Below, piece by piece: positions 40,609-48,294 of a DNA stretch of 48,294 nt. This DNA comes from Tolypothrix carrinoi HA7290-LM1 (GTDB taxonomy: Bacteria > Cyanobacteriota > Cyanobacteriia > Cyanobacteriales > Nostocaceae), in the NCBI GenBank assembly GCA_019358935.1, contig JAHHIK010000066.1, positions 1 to 48,294 on the forward strand. Reading direction: 5' to 3'. The notes below the pieces were generated by a model that was not told the DNA's origin, made no database searches, and was given only the letters and a program-made list of their open reading frames with translations. A program made the position numbers and the translations under genes. How positions within the stretch are numbered: the stretch's first letter is position 1; every line of letters starts with the position of its first letter.

Positions 40609-40737
40609 CCCTTCGGGTTCGCTCCTTGCCGGCACGTTCGCGCAGCGTCTCCGCAAGGAGAGGGAAAACGCCACGTGCTTCAAGCCGGGGAACCCGTCCA
40701 ACGCAGTGGCTCCCCTCCCTTTCTCGCTGGACTCACC
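40609..40737. repeat. Nested small dispersed repeats embedded in an ATTACCC heptamer array
   Basis: CCCTTCGGGT…CTGGACTCACC shell with inner GTTCGCGCAGCGTCTCCGCAAGGAGAG and a further hairpin unit. Confidence 0.7.
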
Positions 40738-40935
40738 ATTACCCATTACCTATTCCCAAATCATCACAGTGAGTTCTCTACGTCGGTAAGGCATCTACCC
40801 TCATAGTATTGAAGCACATATTGCATTTAATGCAATCTACCAATCGTAAGAATAAGAATAATTGAGCCTTGGGGCACATATTGCAATTTGGAGATAAATG
40901 CTATATTCTTTTTGCCAATAATCAAATTATAAGAT

Positions 40936-42423
40936 GTGAGGAATACTTTTGCTATGTCTGCTAATAAGACAGACACGCTTTTGAATAGGTTGATAGCCAT
41001 ATCGGTTATATTTACTGTATCATTGACTCTAATTTTATTGGCATTTTCTCATCATGAGAAAGTGTCAACGCAGCAAGAAATAGAGAATAGAAATCAAACA
41101 TTAACAACTTCTGCAATAGTTTTTTTAGGGCTAGCAGGAATGATTAATGTTTATTATGCAGCAAAGCGTACAGAAGCTTTAGAAAAAAGTGCGATCGCAG
41201 CCCAAAGAAACATCGAACTCGGCATTCAAAATACCAAACTCAATGAAGATAGGTTGATTGCTGAACGCTTTATGGCAGCGATTGAACAGCTTGGACATGA
41301 CAAAGTAGAAACGCGGACAGGTGCAATTTACGCTTTAGAACGAGTTGCTCAAGATTTTCCCAAAGAACACTGGACAATCATGGAAATTCTCTCAGCTTTT
41401 GTGCGCGAGAATGCTCCGATCCAGGTGGAACAACGACAACAAACCGAAGAAGATTCTGAACCTCGTTTTGGCAGACACATCCGCGTCACGCATCGCGAAC
41501 ATCCCGACGACCTAAACTGGTTGGAAGAATCACCGCGCATTCGTACAGATATTCAAGTGGCTTTAACAGTCATCGGTAGACGCGATTCACAAAAAGACCC
41601 GGTAAATCAGAAAATTGATTTACGCAATACTCACATCAGAAAAGCAGACCTGCGTGGAGTAGATTTTGCCGGGGCAGATTTGAGCGGATCTGACCTTTGT
41701 GGTGCAGATTTGCGATCAGCCTCACTGTGTGGTGCAGACCTCGATAAAGCTCAACTGTGTGGTTCAATTTTGTATGAAGCCAACTTGCAATCATGCAGCT
41801 TGATGGGAGCCAACCTTTCCGGAGCCAATCTGAATAAAGTTAAGCTGTGTGGAGCAAATTTGCGTGCAGCTAACCTCTCTGGTGCAAGTTTGCGTGCGGC
41901 AGATCTCACCGACGCCAACCTTTATAAAGCCAACTTGCAACAAGCAACTTTAAAACTTGCCAACCTCTGTGGTGCAAAGCTGTTTTTAGCCAACTTGCAA
42001 CAAGCAAAGTTCGGTAAAGCTAACTTACAAAATACCGGTTTGATTGGAGCCAACTTGCAACAAGCAAACTTGAATGGAGCCAATCTTAGTAACGCAAATT
42101 TGAATGCAGCCAAACTGCAACAAACAGACGTATTGTTTGCTAATTTGTCTAAAGCAAGTTTGATAGAAGTTGATTTGTACAGAGCAAATTTGATGGGAGC
42201 CAACTTGCAAAGAGCAATCCTTCATGAAGCTAACCTTTGTGAGGCAAACTTGATGGGAGCCAACCTTTATGGGGCGAATCTTTGCGATGTCAAATTAGAA
42301 GGAGCAATTTTGACAGGAGCGAAAAATTTAGACCCACAGCAGATTAGAGTAGCATTAGGCGATCGCACAACTCGTCTGCCTGATAATGTTGAAGTACCAA
42401 TGCATTGGCGGCAAACTGTTTAA
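40936..42423 (+). CDS. Membrane-anchored pentapeptide repeat protein
   Basis: Two N-terminal TM segments, RTGAIYALERVA, long A(N/D)LxG array. Confidence 0.9.
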   Translation: MRNTFAMSANKTDTLLNRLIAISVIFTVSLTLILLAFSHHEKVSTQQEIENRNQTLTTSAIVFLGLAGMINVYYAAKRTEALEKSAIAAQRNIELGIQNTKLNEDRLIAERFMAAIEQLGHDKVETRTGAIYALERVAQDFPKEHWTIMEILSAFVRENAPIQVEQRQQTEEDSEPRFGRHIRVTHREHPDDLNWLEESPRIRTDIQVALTVIGRRDSQKDPVNQKIDLRNTHIRKADLRGVDFAGADLSGSDLCGADLRSASLCGADLDKAQLCGSILYEANLQSCSLMGANLSGANLNKVKLCGANLRAANLSGASLRAADLTDANLYKANLQQATLKLANLCGAKLFLANLQQAKFGKANLQNTGLIGANLQQANLNGANLSNANLNAAKLQQTDVLFANLSKASLIEVDLYRANLMGANLQRAILHEANLCEANLMGANLYGANLCDVKLEGAILTGAKNLDPQQIRVALGDRTTRLPDNVEVPMHWRQTV

Positions 42424-42663
42424 GTAATCGCATCAATTGATTATTTGAGTGCATCTTCTTTTTATACAAATTCTATTTCTGTGTTTGCCTGTTAGAAATT
42501 ATTCGTCTTTACTAACACGTTAATTTCGTGTTACTCAAAAATGTTTGGTAGCTTTTCCAGATATAAGCGATATTTAAAGTAATAATTAATTTCACCAAAC
42601 AAGTACTATTTTTTTCACTAAATACACGATCGCATTTTGGCGATGACAAATCCGATTATTAAA

Positions 42664-42691
42664 GTAGCGGTAATTCATGAATTACCGCTAC
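42664..42691. repeat. 28-bp perfect palindrome (GTAG…CTAC) between convergent genes
   Basis: GTAGCGGTAATTCATGAATTACCGCTAC. Confidence 0.75.
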
Positions 42692-42745
42692 GAACGGTGT
42701 CGGATTGCGCTCATTCCTATTAAAGTAGGAGATACCTGAGAACTA

Positions 42746-44335
42746 TTAAACTTGTTTTACCCCCGGATGACCATTTTCCACCACAAATGAAGCACGGGTA
42801 CTGATTGTGCCAGATTCAGTTGTCACGTCTGACATAACTTGATAGTCAGCCTGCCAGTTTGTGGGAGTCACTACGCAACGGACATATCCCCGTTGACCAT
42901 TGTAAAACTTAATGTGCGGATTGTCTGGCAACGAGGCTTCTACAGTGGCGCTTGTGTCTGCCCCATCGCCACCGGAGCTAATTGAGGTACAAACAAATTC
43001 ACTCCCAACTGTAGCAGATTCTGGATTATCAAAGTCAGCTTTCAAATTCATTGCCCAATTGGAATGCACATCTCCTGTCAAAACCACAGGATTAGACGGT
43101 TTGCGCTTATCCAAGAAACGAAGAAGGCGATCGCGTGAAGCTAAATACCCATCCCACTTATCCATGCTGAAGGTTGCACCTTCTCCTGGTGTGAAGTCTC
43201 TCTGAGCAACTATAACTTGTTGAGCCAGAATGTTCCATTGAGCCTCGGAGCGATCTAAACCACGCAATAGCCAATTTTCTTGACGCTTGCCAGTAATCGT
43301 CGCATTTAAGTTAAAATTCTCTGGGCAACGTTCTTTGGTTCCATCTCCACAAGGTTGGTCTGTGCGATATTGCCGGGTATCTAGTACATGGAAGGTTGCC
43401 AAATTACCAAAGGAAAGCCGACGGAAAAGTTGCATATCAGGTCCGCTAGGTCGCGAGAAGGGTCGTAGCGGCATGTGTTCGTAGTAAGCTTGATAAGCAA
43501 CCGCTCGTCGCTCTAGGAATACAGAGCGATCCTGATCCGGTTCATTATCAACTTCCGAGATGTCGTTGGCGTAATTGTTTTCTACTTCGTGGTCGTCCCA
43601 AGTTACAATCCAGGGAAATGCTGCATGAGTTGCTTGCAGATTGGGATCGGTCTTGTAGAGGGCATGGCGATTGCGATAATCTTCCAGAGTCAGAATTTCC
43701 GAACTGTTGTGCTGTCTAACACGATTTGCTGTAATTCCTCCCTCGTAGATGTAGTCACCCACATGCACTACTAGGTCTAGGTCTTCCTCTGCCATGTATT
43801 TGTATGCCGTGAAGTATCCCTGCTCGTAGTGCTGGCAAGAGGCAAGTGCAAAGGCAAGTTTACTTGCAACGCTATTTGATGAAGGAACTGTACGAGTCCG
43901 ACCAATCGGGCTTTTTTCATTGCCTGAGATGAACTGATACCAGTACCAACGGTTGCTTTTTAATCCGTTAACCTCAACTCGAACTGAGTGAGCTAATTCT
44001 GGGATAGCAATCTCAGTGCCTTTTGCGACAATATTCTTCATGTTGGCATCAGTTGCCACTTGCCATTGAATTGGCACATTGACAGCTGGCATTCCACCTC
44101 CATTCAAGGGTTCGGGAGCCAGACGAGTCCAGATGACCACGCTGGTGGGATAAGGTTCACCCGACGCCACACCGAGCGTAAAAGGATAATTGTCAAATTT
44201 AACTTGGGCGATCGCTCTAGTATTGGAAAATTGGCTGGCGATCGCTAGACCACTTAATGCCCCCGCTCCGATAATTAGGTTGCGTCGCTTAATTCGACTG
44301 GAAAGAATCGAATTAACATTGTTGTAATCTATCAT
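42746..44335 (-). CDS. phoD: Alkaline phosphatase D family, Tat-exported
   Basis: KRRNLI Tat motif, FTLGVASGEP, HVGDYIYE, TWDDHEV, LTGDVH. Confidence 0.95.
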   Translation of the reverse strand: MIDYNNVNSILSSRIKRRNLIIGAGALSGLAIASQFSNTRAIAQVKFDNYPFTLGVASGEPYPTSVVIWTRLAPEPLNGGGMPAVNVPIQWQVATDANMKNIVAKGTEIAIPELAHSVRVEVNGLKSNRWYWYQFISGNEKSPIGRTRTVPSSNSVASKLAFALASCQHYEQGYFTAYKYMAEEDLDLVVHVGDYIYEGGITANRVRQHNSSEILTLEDYRNRHALYKTDPNLQATHAAFPWIVTWDDHEVENNYANDISEVDNEPDQDRSVFLERRAVAYQAYYEHMPLRPFSRPSGPDMQLFRRLSFGNLATFHVLDTRQYRTDQPCGDGTKERCPENFNLNATITGKRQENWLLRGLDRSEAQWNILAQQVIVAQRDFTPGEGATFSMDKWDGYLASRDRLLRFLDKRKPSNPVVLTGDVHSNWAMNLKADFDNPESATVGSEFVCTSISSGGDGADTSATVEASLPDNPHIKFYNGQRGYVRCVVTPTNWQADYQVMSDVTTESGTISTRASFVVENGHPGVKQV

Positions 44336-44584
44336 GCTTATTACCCCTGGCTAAGTAGATTAACGCAGAGGCAAGTTTATCATTCAGACATTAACTCTTT
44401 GCAAAGGAGAAGTTAATATCGCGTTTAATGATTAAAATTAAACCAAGCATAAAATGAGCAAAACGAAAATCAGACTTGGGCGATCGCTCGTTGCTTGATG
44501 AGAACATGCACAAAGCGATCGCACAACTATCCTACCTAACAATTTGCAAGCCCCAACACACTCTTTTTGCTAAATAAGCACGCT

Positions 44585-44872
44585 TTAAAACATCGGATTG
44601 TGTTCATAATCCCAACACTTATTATCACGCCAAGTTCTATGGGTGCGCTGACATTGAGATTTCTCAGTCAGCCAAGGAATCGATGTTGGGTGGCTGACGG
44701 TGGCTGTAGATGTGGAACCTACGTAGTCAAGTGAGAGTATTAAAGAAGCTATACAAAAGCCAGAAGTCGGTAGTACAGCGACAAAGGCAGCGAACAACAT
44801 AATTTTTGCTCTTGTCGAAAGTTTAAATTTGCCTTGTTTAATACTCAAGCGATCGCGCATATATTTTCCCAA
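44585..44872 (-). CDS. Small membrane protein with C-terminal Cys/Trp motif (start uncertain)
   Basis: TM segment followed by IPWL…C…W…CWDYEHNPMF. Confidence 0.6.
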   Translation of the reverse strand: MGKYMRDRLSIKQGKFKLSTRAKIMLFAAFVAVLPTSGFCIASLILSLDYVGSTSTATVSHPTSIPWLTEKSQCQRTHRTWRDNKCWDYEHNPMF

Positions 44873-44977
44873 TTTTTCCCGAATCTAAGTAGAAATTAAA
44901 CGTAAAATGCCAACTTTATAGAAAGCATATATAAGCAAAGTTTTGCTTTCTGCCTTCTATTTAGCAGTCCTAAATTG

Positions 44978-45010
44978 AGAAACCGGGTTTCTCCCAGAAA
45001 CCCGGTTTCT
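44978..45010. repeat. Palindromic repeat
   Basis: AGAAACCGGGTTTCT-CCC-AGAAACCCGGTTTCT. Confidence 0.7.
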
Positions 45011-45404
45011 GGACACAATTGTGTTCACAAAACTTTATTTATTGGCTAATTTTCTCGGCGTATATATCCTGTGGCTGTGTGTAATCTATCTATGAGTTGA
45101 TTTTTGCACGGTCTTATTTAAAAGCATAGATGTTGACCGTGATTTTTACTAATAAAAAATACTTAAATATTGTTTTTAAAGATTACATATATTTTTTTTA
45201 CTAGCAAATAATTTTATTTTTTGGTATAGAGAATATATTTTTTTTGTAGAGATAATTTAAATTTAAAAGACACAATTTGTTTCTTATACCTGCGAGCGTA
45301 TTTCTGAAAAGTATAAAAAGTTTAAAATTTGAAACTTAAATTTTGAGCTACACTAGCCTCGAAGATGGCAATAGGACTTACGCAACAGGCACTCTTATAA
45401 CCTT

Positions 45405-46007
45405 ATGATTGACCTTTACACCTTCACCACACCCAACGGACGCAAGGCTTCGGTTATGTTAGAGGAAGTTGGACTTCCCTACAACGTCCACAAAATCGAC
45501 ATTAGCAAAAACGAGCAGTTTACACCGGAGTATATTGCAATCAATCCCAATAGCAAGATTCCTGCGATTATCGACCAAGATACTGAGATGAAAGTTTTTG
45601 AATCTGGCGCAATTTTGATTTATTTGGCAGAAAAAACCGGTAAATTCCTACCTGTCGATCAAAAAGGTCGCTTTCAAGTACTTGAGTGGCTGATGTGGCA
45701 AATGGGAGGTGTAGGACCAATGTCTGGGCAACTCAACCATTTTAAACGGTATGCACCAGAAAAGATTCCTTACGCGATCGCACGCTATGAAAAAGAAACT
45801 CTACGACTTTACAGCGTGTTAGATAAACAATTAGCAGACAAAGAATTTATCTGCGGTGACTATTCGATTGCAGACATAGCCACCTATCCTTGGATATCCA
45901 TTTATGAAAGTCAAGGTTTAACGCTAGATAATCACCCAAATCTCAAACGTTGGGTAGAAACAGTACAGCAACGTCCAGCAGTACAGCGGGGGATGAAAGT
46001 GCCGTAA
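45405..46007 (+). CDS. Glutathione S-transferase, YfcG/Nu-class-like
   Basis: [29 protein letters not shown]. Confidence 0.93.
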   Translation: MIDLYTFTTPNGRKASVMLEEVGLPYNVHKIDISKNEQFTPEYIAINPNSKIPAIIDQDTEMKVFESGAILIYLAEKTGKFLPVDQKGRFQVLEWLMWQMGGVGPMSGQLNHFKRYAPEKIPYAIARYEKETLRLYSVLDKQLADKEFICGDYSIADIATYPWISIYESQGLTLDNHPNLKRWVETVQQRPAVQRGMKVP

Positions 46008-46185
46008 TTGGGAATTGGGCATTGGGAATTGGGAATTGGGAATTGGGAATTGGGAATTGGGAATTGGGAATTGGTAATTGGTAATTGGTAATTGGTAATT
46101 GATTTTCCCCATTACCGATTTTCCATTACCCATTCCCCATTACCTATTACCCATTCCCCATTCCCCATTACCTATTACCCATTCC
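46006..46185. repeat. STRR array (AATTGGG/AATTGGT … CCCATTA)
   Basis: Directly visible. Confidence 0.85.
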
Positions 46186-46978
46186 CCCCCATAACAACTC
46201 CCCAAAAATAATCCTCAAAAGGTCTTTCATCAAGGTCGATGTGAAATTTTTTCGCCCAAGAGTAAATATCCAAACTGACACGTCCACTTTCTTGGTCAAA
46301 CCAGGAACCACCTTTAAACGAGATATTTCCTAATATCGTAATCCAGTGATTGGGGTAAGGTAAAAAAGGCTTTTTGCCGCCAAGCAAACCTGAGGCAGTA
46401 ATCAATCCAAACGCTACACCACCAGAATCGATAATAGTTGATGCTTCATTCAAAGCCTCGTATTCTCCAAATATATATGTATGGATATACTTGACTTGAC
46501 GATAACCTAATACTTCTCGCGTCCAGCCTTTCATCTCCCAAGATTTTGTCATCCCAGACAAATTTCGGATGATATCTGGCGATTCTACTTCAATGTTAAA
46601 AATCGAGTTTTCTGCTTCTCGTAGTGTTGCTAAAACCATCCAATCGGCTTGACTTAACCGCAGTCTCCCTCGACTTTTAACAAGTGTTTGAGATGCTTTA
46701 ATGCGTGTAGTTTGTCCTTGAAAACCGCCAGTTTCAAATATACTGCGGCAAATTTGCACATAACGCAGTGGTTGTTTGCGAATAAGTTCAAACAAAATGG
46801 ACGCGGGTCCACAAAATGGTTGTCCACCTTGGTTGACGAGAAAAGGATCGGCAACACGCGATCGCATGTCCGCAAGTACTTGGTTTTTATCTAAAGTTGC
46901 CCAAACACCAGGTACATTGGATTTTTCAAAGTCTGCGATCGCGCTAGTAACTGCTGGATCTAACTGCTGTCCATTCAT
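46175..46978 (-). CDS. Hypothetical protein, possible papain-fold cysteine hydrolase
   Basis: NQGGQPFCGPAS, NHWITI, YSWA. Confidence 0.65.
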   Translation of the reverse strand: MNGQQLDPAVTSAIADFEKSNVPGVWATLDKNQVLADMRSRVADPFLVNQGGQPFCGPASILFELIRKQPLRYVQICRSIFETGGFQGQTTRIKASQTLVKSRGRLRLSQADWMVLATLREAENSIFNIEVESPDIIRNLSGMTKSWEMKGWTREVLGYRQVKYIHTYIFGEYEALNEASTIIDSGGVAFGLITASGLLGGKKPFLPYPNHWITILGNISFKGGSWFDQESGRVSLDIYSWAKKFHIDLDERPFEDYFWGVVMGGNG

Positions 46979-47185
46979 ATATTTACGCTGATTACTGAAA
47001 GTACCCGATTGTTAATTACCTTGACTACAGTACCGATGACCACTAATTCGCAAATAATCTTAACAATTTGAAGTATTTGTACTGATTGTGTTTTTTAAAG
47101 AGTGAAAAATTGCATATTTTCCTGGTAAATGCACTTTAAAATACTAAAACTGAAAGAAAATCCTCTATTTAAATTAGACAAAATT

Positions 47186-47951
47186 ATGAAACGCCGAGAA
47201 ATTATTACTACAGCTGCGATCGCTACAGCAACTACTACACTAGTTTCCTGTACCCGGACTGGCACAGCCCCAGGTGTAAAAACCGGACAGCCAAATATCC
47301 GGTGGCGAATGGCAACTAGCTGGCCCAAGTCTCTAGGTATTTTCGCTGGTGCAGAAACTGTCGCCAAGCGAGTCAAGGAAATGACCTCAGGACGTTTCAA
47401 CATCACAGCCTTTGCTGCTGGTGAATTAGTGCCAGGATTGCAAGTACTCGATGCCGTGCAAGCCGGAACTGTAGAATGCGGTCACACAGCCGGCTATTAT
47501 TATATTGGTAAAAGTCCGGCATTAGCTTTCGCTACCTCCGTTCCCTTCGGCTTGAATGCCCAACAGCAGAATGCTTGGTATTATCACGGTGGTGGATTAG
47601 AAGCCACACAGAAAATTTATGCCAATTTCAACGTAATTAACTTTCCCGGTGGCAATACTGGGGTGCAGATGGGTGGCTGGTTTAAAAGGGAAATTAAGTC
47701 AATTTCTGACCTTAATGGCTTAAAAATGCGAATTCCCGGATTAGGGGGGCAAGTTATGTCTCGTTTGGGGGTAAACGTGCAAGTTTTACCAGGAGGCGAG
47801 ATTTATTTAGCATTAGATCGAGGTGCGATCGATGCAGCTGAGTGGGTTGGTCCCTACGATGACGAGAAACTCGGTTTACCAAAAGCAGCAAAATTTTACT
47901 ATTATCCCGGCTGGTGGGAACCAGGACCAACCTTAGATATATTAGTTAACC
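47186..47951 (+). pseudogene. dctP: TRAP transporter substrate-binding protein (DctP/TakP-like), interrupted by an IS
   Basis: [37 protein letters not shown]; sequence switches to an IS end after ILVN. Confidence 0.9.
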
Positions 47952-47991
47952 TTGACATACTCCCTGCCCTTGAAGGGCAGGGATTCTAGGC

Positions 47992-48168
47992 TCAAGCAAC
48001 AATTGCAGGCATAGCCCGTCTTACATCGTCTAACCCAACAGTTGATGCCCCAACTGCACAAATATTCTTAGCTGCGTTTTCGTCTCTTCCATTGACTGAC
48101 TGACAGGACGGACAACGCCACTCTCTAACGGACAAATCCAGTTTTTCTAAAACGTGTCCACAACTAGA
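47992..48168 (-). CDS. tnpB: TnpB C-terminal segment (3' exon)
   Basis: SSCGHVLEKLDLSVREWRCPSCQSVNGRDENAAKNICAVGASTVG…: zinc finger plus RuvC-III RD-x-NAA-x-NI. Confidence 0.9.
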   Translation of the reverse strand, partial: SSCGHVLEKLDLSVREWRCPSCQSVNGRDENAAKNICAVGASTVGLDDVRRAMPAIVA

Positions 48169-48294
48169 GTTAGAGTCGATGGGGAAATCGCTCTCCCCAC
48201 CTCTTGTTCAGAACCGGACATGAAAATTTCTCTTCATCCGGCTCCTCTTTGACTTAGCTTTTTACAAAAGTACCATAACTCCCATCATTGGCAG
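48169..48294 (-). ncRNA. Group II intron, 3' end (domains V and VI)
   Basis: DV GAGCCGGATGAAGAGAAATTTTCATGTCCGGTTC (48244-48211) with AGC triad and GAAA loop; DVI hairpin GTGGGGAGA…TTTCCCCAT; terminal AAC. Confidence 0.9.
48254..48294 (-). CDS. C-terminal tail of a probable intron-encoded RT/maturase
   Basis: …ANDGSYGTFVKS* ends just before DV, resembling post-HNH tails of cyanobacterial intron-encoded proteins. Confidence 0.55.
   Translation of the reverse strand, partial: ANDGSYGTFVKS

Larger units (their letters stand above)
47952..48294 (-). mobile_element. IS200/IS605-family element, right end (partial)
   Basis: Minus strand: tnpB tail, subterminal hairpin TCCCTGCCCTTCAAGGGCAGGGA and terminal GTCAA. 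Confidence 0.88.

Noticed and set aside
44405..44445. Pho box upstream of phoD
   Set aside because: TTAA-containing repeats are present, but I could not fit three well-spaced consensus units in this AT-rich DNA.
12645..46185. Repeat arrays as a CRISPR array
   Set aside because: Units are 7-9 bp tandem repeats without unique spacers, and there are no cas genes.
47952..48294. Calling the right-edge element an IStron
   Set aside because: IStrons are group I introns that encompass the IS. Here a group II intron lies within tnpB and the IS is antisense to dctP, so splicing cannot restore dctP.

Overview
Chromosomal window of a filamentous cyanobacterium, very likely a heterocyst-forming Nostocales strain. 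This is supported by abundant HIP1 octamers (GCGATCGC), heptameric STRR arrays and the tatC-DUF3067-petC-petA cluster. Core genes (GH57 branching enzyme, glk, yebC, UbiH-like hydroxylase, lytic transglycosylase, tatC, petCA, oxidoreductase-SelD fusion, phoD, GST) are interleaved with accessory genes. These include several toxin-antitoxin-like pairs (three with a broken toxin-like gene), two Uma2 genes, a TPR-CHAT protein, an ATPase plus STAND-WD40 pair and a solitary C5 DNA methyltransferase. The most striking structure is at the right edge and is missing from the ORF track. A TRAP solute-binding gene is cut by an IS200/IS605-family element, and that element's tnpB is itself interrupted, exactly within the zinc-finger motif, by a group II intron (domains V/VI and the tail of its encoded protein are visible). 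The window is also rich in very small insertion elements: a 27-bp in-frame insert splitting a HIP1 site, a 55-bp element found twice in CGGTA targets, a 141-bp MITE with a 5-bp TSD, and repeats translated as protein linkers. All calls come from reading the sequence and recalling family motifs; no searches were run.
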